Shown here piece after piece: positions 16,962 to 24,475 of a DNA stretch of 64,000 nt. A model generated the notes under the pieces. The model did no database searches, had not been told where the DNA came from, and worked only from the letters and a program-made list of their open reading frames with translations. Location: contig DATKNZ010000220.1 of the NCBI GenBank assembly GCA_035541055.1, forward strand, positions 3,992-67,991, given 5' to 3'. This DNA comes from Candidatus Acidiferrum sp. GTDB taxonomy: Bacteria > Verrucomicrobiota > Verrucomicrobiia > Limisphaerales > UBA8199. Numbering within the stretch: position 1 is the first letter of the stretch; the number at the start of each line of letters is the position of its first letter. The translations under genes were made by a program, and so were the position numbers.

Positions 16962-17558
16962 ATGAAGTACTCCGCTAGTACCCTGGGCGCATTCCTAGGG
17001 TTGCTGGTGCTGGAGCAGGAGCAGAAGGCTATTTGCTTCAAAGCTGTGAATGACGTTCTCGGGCTGGGCCTCGACGGCCAGGACAGGTTTTGGTTCGGTT
17101 TATCGATCTGGCGGCTGATCATCTGGGAGCTGGTGATGGAACAAGATGCGACATTGACGCCAAGCGAGACGGAGGAAGTGCGCAAAGCGATGCGCGAGGG
17201 GGTGTTCCAATCCTATGCTAACACCAACGTGGATCCACTGCAGCTTCTCTGCGATAGCTCTGAACTTGAGAGTGTGTTGGGTCCGCGGGCCGGCGGTTCA
17301 GGTAGAGACCTCTCTCCAGGAGAGCTGGTGGAGGCCACGTTCTATGTACGCCTAGAACGGGCGCGCAGTGACCTTGCCCGATGCTCGGGCGTCATTCCCG
17401 GGAAGGCACTGATTCTCTTTGGCGAGGCGTTTCTGGAACAGGTGTGCGGGGAAGCCAGGCTGTCGTGTGACAGGGCAACCGCGATTGAGGTGCTCGAAAT
17501 AGTGGTGCGGCAGCATTACGTAGGCGCGCTCGACATGTGGCGAAAGCTGAGGGGTTGA
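16962..17558 (+). CDS. Hypothetical protein (island B cargo)
   Basis: ATG ORF preceded by AAAGGAG, no named motif. Confidence 0.5.
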   Translation: MKYSASTLGAFLGLLVLEQEQKAICFKAVNDVLGLGLDGQDRFWFGLSIWRLIIWELVMEQDATLTPSETEEVRKAMREGVFQSYANTNVDPLQLLCDSSELESVLGPRAGGSGRDLSPGELVEATFYVRLERARSDLARCSGVIPGKALILFGEAFLEQVCGEARLSCDRATAIEVLEIVVRQHYVGALDMWRKLRG

Positions 17559-17592
17559 GGGCTTTGCACGCGGGCGCCCAGTGCAGGACTCA

Positions 17593-18066
17593 TCAGGCGC
17601 TGCGAGGCCGAATCCGACCATTCCGATTGTCTGGTGGCGAAAGGCGGTCGATCAGGAACTCCTCTAACGCAGGCGCCTCGAAGGCCATGCCTGCAGGAAC
17701 GCGCAATGCCGCCACAAACCGGGGCTGCTCGCTCCAGCCAGAGTGAACGACCCTGCAGCCACGGCCTGGCGTTTCCTTGAACCAAGTGGAAAGTCGGCTG
17801 CCGATGTTGGCACCCATGGAGGCTTTGCCGACATAAAGCAGCCGCACCCCCGTACCGAAAATGAAGTAGACGCCTGGATCGGCTCCGCAAGGCCACCCTT
17901 CCGGCCACTTGGAAGTCACCTCTGGTGCCAGTTCCAAATCGGGAAAAAGAGCCTGTAAACCGCTCATTGGTTCCAGCGGCGGGAGGTCGTGTCGGCGGAG
18001 GTGCTGTTTGTAATAGTCCAGTGCAGCGGCGATGTCGGTGAGGCTCTTATGATCGGTTGTTGTCAT
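17593..18066 (-). CDS. GIY-YIG nuclease-domain protein (putative)
   Basis: GVYFIFGTGVRLLYVGKA (GIY..YVG spacing), then SRLSTW Arg, then EEFLIDRLSPPDNRNG (Glu/Asn). Confidence 0.6.
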   Translation of the reverse strand: MTTTDHKSLTDIAAALDYYKQHLRRHDLPPLEPMSGLQALFPDLELAPEVTSKWPEGWPCGADPGVYFIFGTGVRLLYVGKASMGANIGSRLSTWFKETPGRGCRVVHSGWSEQPRFVAALRVPAGMAFEAPALEEFLIDRLSPPDNRNGRIRPRSA

Positions 18067-18178
18067 AGACTCGCTGGTTAACCCTGATTAGCGAAACCAA
18101 TGCTCTGATATCGGAGAGTCGGACGCTCCGAGACCTTCATGAGTTCTTTGTAGCTGTTCGGGCGCCGATGTCAAAGCT

Positions 18179-18221
18179 GAATAGCCGATGTGCAGACGTC
18201 TGCAAGGGCTGGGTTGAGGGG
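18179..18221 (+). repeat. Mini cassette C10 with palindrome P5 (18190-18205)
   Basis: gaatagccgat GTGCAGACGTCTGCAA gggct GGGTTGAGGGG, at the right edge of island B. Confidence 0.9.
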
Positions 18222-18324
18222 TGCTGCAAAAAGTTGGGATTGTCGTTGACCGAGGGGGCGGAATATGCGGCGATGGGGGTGAGGACAGCCGGGCTCTCCA
18301 AGCGCATTGCGCGCACCCTTTAGC

Positions 18325-18939
18325 ATGAAAAGCAAAGTCCCTGTTCCTGCCCCCGCGCCGGGCGTAACGGCTCAGCACAAGGCGCGGAGCGCCGAAGAAA
18401 AGCTGCTGGCGCAAGAGTTGGAGGCGGACCTGGCGGGCAAGAAGAGCAGGGCTCGCGGGGACGCTCGCCCTCCCAGGGCGATGCCGGAGCCGGTAGCCAT
18501 TACGTCGCTGTCCCAACTGGAAACGCTGTCGAACGGGGCGCCGGTGATTGTGGACGTGAAGCTGGCCGGGCAGTTCGTGCGGTTCACGGGGCGACGACTC
18601 AAGCCGGTGGAAGCCAAGGAGATCAAGCTGCTGCTGGACGCGTCGATGCCGCCAATGCTGCCGCCGGAGAAAGAGGGAATGCCAATGCGCTACGATTACC
18701 GGGACCCGGGCTACCTCCGCAAGGTGGAGGAGAACCGGCGCAAGGCCCGGGCGCTGGCGCTGCACACGGCCTACCCGATTTTCCGCGAGGCAATGGCGTC
18801 CGAAGACGGCCCGGTGGACGAGAACCGGATCGTGCAGTTTGTCGAGGGGCGCAATGTGGATGACGACGTGCTCGAAGTGCTGTTTAAGAAGGTGATCGAG
18901 CCGGTTGTGGAGGTGCAGGCGCTGGCCAGTTTTATCTAA
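18325..18939 (+). CDS. Tail assembly chaperone candidate (G-like)
   Basis: Directly upstream of the tape measure. First ATG at 18325. Carries the 26-nt GGGCTCGCGGGGACGCTCGCCCTCCC element in-frame (18449-18474, SRARGDARPPRA). Confidence 0.5.
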   Translation: MKSKVPVPAPAPGVTAQHKARSAEEKLLAQELEADLAGKKSRARGDARPPRAMPEPVAITSLSQLETLSNGAPVIVDVKLAGQFVRFTGRRLKPVEAKEIKLLLDASMPPMLPPEKEGMPMRYDYRDPGYLRKVEENRRKARALALHTAYPIFREAMASEDGPVDENRIVQFVEGRNVDDDVLEVLFKKVIEPVVEVQALASFI

Positions 18940-19244
18940 GGCAGCAGCTTCCCGACCGGCTCCAGAACTATGAGTTCAAGAAGCTGCTGCCGCCCGACAA
19001 GATCCTGCCTGCTCCCGATGAAGGGTATTTCGAGATGGAAACAGCCAAGGCGTTCCATTACCGGTGGCGCGATTGGCTGGAGGAAAGCCCCGTGCTGCGA
19101 GCACAGATGATCGCCCACGAAGCGGTGAAAGGCATGCGCGACACGTACAACCTCGAACAGCGGGAAGCGATGCTGACCAAAGGGGAGGACCGCGCCAAGA
19201 CGCCGGCGCCGTGGGAGACGATTCGGGAGAAGTTTTTCAGGTAG
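18888..19244 (+). CDS. -1 frame extension of the chaperone (GT-like frameshift product, putative)
   Basis: The -1 frame is open from 18888 to 19244 and overlaps the 0-frame end. A T-TTT-A run sits at 18930-18934, 3 nt before the 0-frame stop. Location matches the conserved G/GT arrangement of tailed phages. Confidence 0.45.
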   Translation, partial: EGDRAGCGGAGAGQFYLRQQLPDRLQNYEFKKLLPPDKILPAPDEGYFEMETAKAFHYRWRDWLEESPVLRAQMIAHEAVKGMRDTYNLEQREAMLTKGEDRAKTPAPWETIREKFFR

Positions 19245-19281
19245 GAGGTGTGGGAAGTATGAGACCTATGAGACGGATGCT

Positions 19282-22200
19282 ATGAGCGAGAGCGGCAGCC
19301 CGATTTTGACCGAGAGCATCAAGCTGGACATTCAGACGCCGAAGCAGACGGGTCTGGAAAAGCTGCTGGAGCAGCTCGACCAGGTGGCGATTGCGGCCCG
19401 GCAGGCGAACAAGGCGCTGGCGGGAATGGAGCAGCAGGGCCAGCCGAAGTTCGCCTCGATCAAGGGGCTGACGAAAGACATTCAGGAGTTGCAGAAGGGC
19501 ATCGGAGGCAGGGCGCTCTCGCTGTCGCTGCCGGACTTGTCGAAGGCTTACGGGCTGCACCTGAAGGCGTTCAAGGATTTCCTGGCGGAGCGGGATGACC
19601 TGTTCAATAAGAGCACGTTTCGCAAGGGGGCCTTCAGCGGAGCGCCCTCGGCGGCGGCGGCGATCTTCGCTTTTGACAACCAGAGCATCGCCCGGCGCAA
19701 GAAGCTGCTGGCGGACGCGCTGACGCCCACGGTCAGCTCCGTGCAGGGGATCAAGCTGGGCAAGACGGGCAAGGTAGCGCTGGACGTGGCGGGGGCGCAG
19801 GTGGAGGCGAGGCTGGTGGGGAAGGTGCAACTGGCGGTGCCGGCGGAACAGGTGGTGACGGCGCCGGCGGCGGGCCGAACGGACGCTCGCCCATCGCCGA
19901 GAGCCAAGCCCGCGGCCCGAATAGCCGATAGCCAATCGCCGATAGCCAAAGTCCCGGGGGCGGGCGTGCAGGCGTCTGTAGAGGGACCAATCAAGCTGGT
20001 CATACCGGCAGCGCAAATACAGGCGAGCGTGGAGGGGATGATTACGGCGGCGGCGGCGACGGCCAGCGGCGGGGTGGTGCGCGATGCCAAGACGGGGAAG
20101 TTTGTGAGTACCGGGGGCGGAGCGGGCACGAGTACAAGCACGAGGACGAGGACGAGCACAGGGACGAGCAAGGCGCTGGGAGGGTTGAATGTCGGGCCGC
20201 AGGCGGGGGAGTTTGAGCGGCGGCGGATTGAGGACGCCAGGACGGGGCGCGTGCGCGAGACGGTGGCGCGGCGGGACGCGTCGGGGGCCATCGTGGAGGA
20301 GACCTGGGACAATGCTTACGACGCCTTCAAGGTGGCGCGGACGACGAGCCGGTCGGTGACCGGGATTTCGCCGCTGCAACAGTTCCGCACGATTCGCACG
20401 CTGAACGAGGAGGTTTACCGGCAGATGGTGGGGGCGCTGCCGGCGCATGACAAGGTGGGGCGGGGCTTCGGCACGTCGCTGGCGATGACGCAGCAGGCCA
20501 ATGCGCTGGAGGGAATCTTTACGGCGCATCCCGAGCTGGCCGCCGCCCTCGGTCCGCAGCAGGCGGGGAAACTGCAAGCGATCCTGAGCGCGCAGGCAGC
20601 CACGCTGCGCGCACGGGCGGGCGCGGTGAGCGAGGACGCGACGCAAGCCTACGTGAAGATGCTGGACCAGGCGGAGGAGCGGCGGTCCAAGCGGTCGGTG
20701 AGCACGCAGGAAAAGGCGCTGCGGATGTCCGGCGGGCAGGCCGGGCACGCTATGCACATGGCGGAGGGGGAAGCGAAGATCTACGAGCTGCAGACGCCGG
20801 ACGTTTACCGTTCCGGGGCGACCAAGGCTCACTACTTCGGCCTGAAGGCGCAGGGGGCCGACCAGGCGGCGGCGATTATCCAGTCGGCGCTGGCGGCGAA
20901 TCCGCGGGCCAGTGCCGACCTGCGGCGGGAGATGACCGAGAAGATGGAGGAGCACCTGCTCAACGCGAGGATCTTCCGGGCGGCGGGCGGCGTTGCCCCG
21001 GGAGCGCGGCCGGCCACGGGCGAATACGGGCGGTTCCTGGCGGGGCTGAAGGCGTTCACGCCGATGGGGATGCTGGCCAATACGACGAAGGTCACGGGGT
21101 GGGCGGCGGCGGTGACCGTGCTCTACAAGAGCGTGGAGCTGGCGCGGTATTCGCTGGGGCGGTTCATCGAGGTGGGCGAGGAGACGGCCAGGCTGGACGT
21201 GGTGTTCCGAAAGGTGGGCGGGAGCACGCAGGAGTTGACGGGCGACATTTTGAAGCTGGCTTCGGCCAATGCCCGGGATGCGGCCCAGGCGATGGACAGC
21301 GCGACGGAATGGTCGCGGCTGGGGCTGACACGCAGGCAGGTGGGCGAGGCGACCAAGGCAAGCCTGACGGCGGCCAACGTGGCCCACATGAAGCCCGAGG
21401 AGACGACCAAGCAGCTCTCGACACTCATGCACGTGTTCGAGTTGGACGCGACCGAACTCAACGGGGTGATGGGGATGCTGACGGCGACGAGCCAGCGATA
21501 CAATGTGACGCTCGAGGATTTGTTCAGCGGGCTGGACCGGAGCGCGGCGACGGCCAAGGCGGCCAAGGTGAGCCTGGGCGAGCTGCAAGCCTTGATCGCG
21601 GTGATGGTGGGCCGCACGGGGCAGACGGGCATCATCGTGGGCAACACGCTGAAGAACATCTTCACGCAGTTCAGCAACCCGACGATGCAGCGATACCTGC
21701 GGGTGCGCGGCATCGAGACGATGGCGACCGAAGGGGAGAACATGGGGCAGCTCAAGTCGGGCAGCCAAATCCTGCGAGATGTGTTCGTGCGGTACTCGGG
21801 GATGAAGCCGGCTGAGCAGGCGGACTTGTCCCGCAACCTGGCGGGGCGGTTGCAGGTGGGCCGGTTCCAAAGCCTGATGGAAGGCTACGCCGACGCGCAA
21901 AAGCTGGCGGTGGATTCGCAGCTCAAGCTGAACGCGGCACAGGAAGCCAATACCCGCATACTGGGGACGCTCAAGGCGCAACTGACGGCGCTGCGGGTGG
22001 AATGGGACCGGATGATGATGACGGCCGGGCAGTCGTGGGGGCCGTGGGCGGCAGAGCAGGTGCGCTATGGCAAGAACATCCTGCGGTCGATCAACGCGGG
22101 TGGGGAGGTGGAATCCCCCCGCACTATATACCTGCGGAAACAAGGCCTCGTTCCGTCGTCGGAGCAAGAGGCCGCCGAGCGAGCCGCGGCGCGGCGCTGG

Positions 22201-23973
22201 CTGGAGGGGCAGATCAAAGCCACGGGCCGCGTACCGGGCTTCTGGCAGACGTTCGCGACTGTAGCGCGGACCAACAGCGGCATGAGGGTTTGGGACTCCG
22301 AACGGCTGAAGCTGCTCTACGAGACACCTTACGAGCGGGGCACGGAGGAGTTCCAGAACAAGGTGCAGGAGCTGCACGGGCAGGCAGAGTCGGCCGCGCT
22401 CAAGGCACGGTTGTTCGAGACGGTGGGCACGGCGCTGCCCGGGGCGATGCGGACCAATCCCGAGATGGCGCGCTCGATGGCCCGGGCGGCCGGGTCGGAG
22501 ATGAGCGCGGCGGACGCCCAGCGCCTAAATGAAATGATGACGGCGGGAAACACGGGCGGCGTGCGGGACCTGCTCAACGTGCAGACGTCTGCGGCGAAGC
22601 GGCAATCGGCGGAAGCGGCGGCGGCGGAATTGGCCGAGCGCGACCGGCGGGCGGCCGAGGCGAAGGCGCAACTCGCCAAATACGACGCGGACATCCAGAA
22701 GGCGCAAGGGCCGAACGCGACGGAGAGGGAAAAGGCCGGGCTGGGGCAGCTCATCCAGGCCCGCGAGGAATTGACGCGATCCATGGACGCCAACACGGAA
22801 GCGCGGACGCGGGCGCTGGCGGCCATCGAGGAGGAGCTGGGCAAGACGGAGCAGGCGCTCTGGATCAAGCAGCAATACGTGGACCTGCTCAAACAGCAGG
22901 AGATGCTGATGCAGAACGTGGGGCAGCTCAGCGAGCAAGGAACGCCCGAGTCGATGGGGTCGCGGCTGGATGCGCGGGTGGGGTCGCTGCGGGATGAAGT
23001 GGCGCTATTGGAAGCCCAGCGGGACCGGCTGGAGCAGCACGCCAAAGAGCTGGGCACGCCCGAGGCCGAGCAGGCCAAGGACGCCGTGCAGAAAATGCTG
23101 ACCGAAAAGCAGGGAGAATTGGCGGCGCAGAATTCGCCGCAGTTGCGGCAGCTCGCGGCGATTTACGATGCGCGGACGATTGCGGCGCATCGGGCGCAAA
23201 CGGACGTGGCGGGGTGGGCGGTGGGGCCGACGGAGTCGCACCGGCTGTTCGCACAGGAGGCCCGCATACGGGAAGAACTGGCGGCTGCCCGGGCGCGGCA
23301 GGCCACGGGCGGGCTGAGCGATGCCGAGGCGACCCGGGCCAAGCAGCTCGAAGTGGACCTGACGCGGACGCAGGAGCAGATCCAGACGCGCATTGTGGAC
23401 CTGGCGCGGCAGGAACGGCAGATCCGCATGGACTCGCTGCGGGAGTTCAACAAGGGAATCCTGCTGGCCGGCCCGGGGGAGATGCTCCAGCGGCTGCAAG
23501 TGAGCCAGATGCTCCACCGGCAGGTGACGCCGGGCGAGTTCTTCGCCATGTCGCCCGAGGTGCGCCGGATGTATTTCGAGGCGCGGGGCGGCGACGCGGG
23601 CATGACGAACCGCTGGGAGCAACGCGAGATGGCCCGGACGGGGCATCGGCGCTGGAGCGAGCCGATGGACGAGGCCGTCCACGCGGTGGCCCGCGAACAG
23701 GTGGACCGCTGGGGGGCGGTGCAACGGCGGAACACGCTGGGCAGCCTGACGACGCTGCCCGACATGCCGCTGCCCTCGCTCAAGGAGGCGCGGCAACTGG
23801 CCGACAGCCTGACGCTGATGAACGGCGGGGTGCTGACGGTGACCCAGGCGCTGGCCAATCTCTCCCGCGTGGTGGACGCGCTGAACCATCGGTTTGGAGG
23901 GGGCGAGCCGCGGGCGCAAGGGCGGCGGTTTGATGTGAGCGCGGGGTTTGCGCCGGGGGCGCCGGGGTTCTGA
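19282..23973 (+). CDS. Tail tape measure protein
   Basis: 1563 aa, Ala/Gln/Glu/Arg-rich and helical. Tape-measure core-like segment (LGLTRRQVGEATKASLTAANVAHM...GRTGQTGIIVGNTLKNIFTQF). Follows the chaperone pair. Confidence 0.85.
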   Translation: MSESGSPILTESIKLDIQTPKQTGLEKLLEQLDQVAIAARQANKALAGMEQQGQPKFASIKGLTKDIQELQKGIGGRALSLSLPDLSKAYGLHLKAFKDFLAERDDLFNKSTFRKGAFSGAPSAAAAIFAFDNQSIARRKKLLADALTPTVSSVQGIKLGKTGKVALDVAGAQVEARLVGKVQLAVPAEQVVTAPAAGRTDARPSPRAKPAARIADSQSPIAKVPGAGVQASVEGPIKLVIPAAQIQASVEGMITAAAATASGGVVRDAKTGKFVSTGGGAGTSTSTRTRTSTGTSKALGGLNVGPQAGEFERRRIEDARTGRVRETVARRDASGAIVEETWDNAYDAFKVARTTSRSVTGISPLQQFRTIRTLNEEVYRQMVGALPAHDKVGRGFGTSLAMTQQANALEGIFTAHPELAAALGPQQAGKLQAILSAQAATLRARAGAVSEDATQAYVKMLDQAEERRSKRSVSTQEKALRMSGGQAGHAMHMAEGEAKIYELQTPDVYRSGATKAHYFGLKAQGADQAAAIIQSALAANPRASADLRREMTEKMEEHLLNARIFRAAGGVAPGARPATGEYGRFLAGLKAFTPMGMLANTTKVTGWAAAVTVLYKSVELARYSLGRFIEVGEETARLDVVFRKVGGSTQELTGDILKLASANARDAAQAMDSATEWSRLGLTRRQVGEATKASLTAANVAHMKPEETTKQLSTLMHVFELDATELNGVMGMLTATSQRYNVTLEDLFSGLDRSAATAKAAKVSLGELQALIAVMVGRTGQTGIIVGNTLKNIFTQFSNPTMQRYLRVRGIETMATEGENMGQLKSGSQILRDVFVRYSGMKPAEQADLSRNLAGRLQVGRFQSLMEGYADAQKLAVDSQLKLNAAQEANTRILGTLKAQLTALRVEWDRMMMTAGQSWGPWAAEQVRYGKNILRSINAGGEVESPRTIYLRKQGLVPSSEQEAAERAAARRWLEGQIKATGRVPGFWQTFATVARTNSGMRVWDSERLKLLYETPYERGTEEFQNKVQELHGQAESAALKARLFETVGTALPGAMRTNPEMARSMARAAGSEMSAADAQRLNEMMTAGNTGGVRDLLNVQTSAAKRQSAEAAAAELAERDRRAAEAKAQLAKYDADIQKAQGPNATEREKAGLGQLIQAREELTRSMDANTEARTRALAAIEEELGKTEQALWIKQQYVDLLKQQEMLMQNVGQLSEQGTPESMGSRLDARVGSLRDEVALLEAQRDRLEQHAKELGTPEAEQAKDAVQKMLTEKQGELAAQNSPQLRQLAAIYDARTIAAHRAQTDVAGWAVGPTESHRLFAQEARIREELAAARARQATGGLSDAEATRAKQLEVDLTRTQEQIQTRIVDLARQERQIRMDSLREFNKGILLAGPGEMLQRLQVSQMLHRQVTPGEFFAMSPEVRRMYFEARGGDAGMTNRWEQREMARTGHRRWSEPMDEAVHAVAREQVDRWGAVQRRNTLGSLTTLPDMPLPSLKEARQLADSLTLMNGGVLTVTQALANLSRVVDALNHRFGGGEPRAQGRRFDVSAGFAPGAPGF
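19881..19981 (+). repeat. Cassette-like block embedded in-frame in the tape measure ORF (with palindrome P6 at 19966-19981)
   Basis: GGACGCTCGCCC (19881-19892), ATAGCCR/ATCGCC x4 (19921-19947), GTGCAGGCGTCTGTAG. Translated as TDARPSPRAKPAARIADSQSPIAKVPGAGVQASVE. Confidence 0.9.
22579..22594. repeat. Palindrome copy P7 (GTGCAGACGTCTGCGG) inside tape measure
   Basis: Read as V-Q-T-S-A. Confidence 0.85.
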
Positions 23974-24001
23974 AATAGCCAATAGCCAATAGCCAATAGC
24001 C
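23974..24001 (+). repeat. AATAGCC x4 array (C12) starting at the tape measure stop codon
   Basis: tgA AATAGCC AATAGCC AATAGCC AATAGCC. A weak palindrome relative ACAGGACGTCTGTAAG lies at 24049-24064. Confidence 0.95.
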
Positions 24002-24077
24002 GAAAACGACCAGAGACAGCGTTGCGACGTGTGCAACAGCAAACCACTACAGGACGTCTGTAAGACCTATACGACCT

Positions 24078-24344
24078 ATGGAACAAATCAGTCCTAAGGA
24101 GTTCATGGAGCAGGTGGAGCTGGGCGCCACAGTGCTGCCGGAAGAAAGCCCGCACTATATCGGGGTACAAGTGGGCCGATACCAGTACCTGTGTGAGGTG
24201 GAGGCGCTTAGCGCGAAACAGGGAGCGCGACTGGAGAAGCTATACCGGGCGGGGCGGGTGCGATTGGGGTATCCGGGGGAGTTTTATGTGGCACCGGCGT
24301 GCTTTCGGGAGCAGCGGTTGCGGTGCCGGGTGGTGGTGCCGTGA
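24078..24344 (+). CDS. Hypothetical phage protein (88 aa)
   Basis: ATG ORF between the tape measure and the tail-tip gene. Confidence 0.5.
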   Translation: MEQISPKEFMEQVELGATVLPEESPHYIGVQVGRYQYLCEVEALSAKQGARLEKLYRAGRVRLGYPGEFYVAPACFREQRLRCRVVVP

Positions 24345-24347
24345 GAT

Positions 24348-24470
24348 CACAGAAGGGAACGAAGACTGATAAAGAGAAGTCAGGGTTGGCGGGGACGCTC
24401 GCCCTCCCGGGAGAGAAGGAAACGAAGGCAATAGCCAATAGCCGAGAGCCAATAGCCGAGAGCCGGTAGC
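24348..24470 (+). repeat. Composite repeat cassette C13
   Basis: CACAGAAGGGAACGAAG (24348-24364), GGGTTGGCGGGGACGCTCGCCCTCCC (24383-24408), GAGAAGGAAACGAAGG (24412-24427), aatagcc aatagcc gagagcc aatagcc gagagcc ggtagc (24430-24470). Confidence 0.95.
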
Positions 24471-24475
24471 AAAAC

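Noticed and set aside
19237-22377. Very long antisense ORFs in the track: 1046 aa antisense to the tape measure; also 6772..7599, 9330..10226, 9989..11194, 13358..14380, 24380..25153, 25172..26032, 27511..28533, 36426..37748, 48196..49854, 53134..54339 and 34306..35775
   Set aside because: Their Arg/Pro/His/Gly-rich low-complexity translations are typical of open non-coding frames in high-GC DNA. Each overlaps a sense ORF with clear motifs or coding-like composition.
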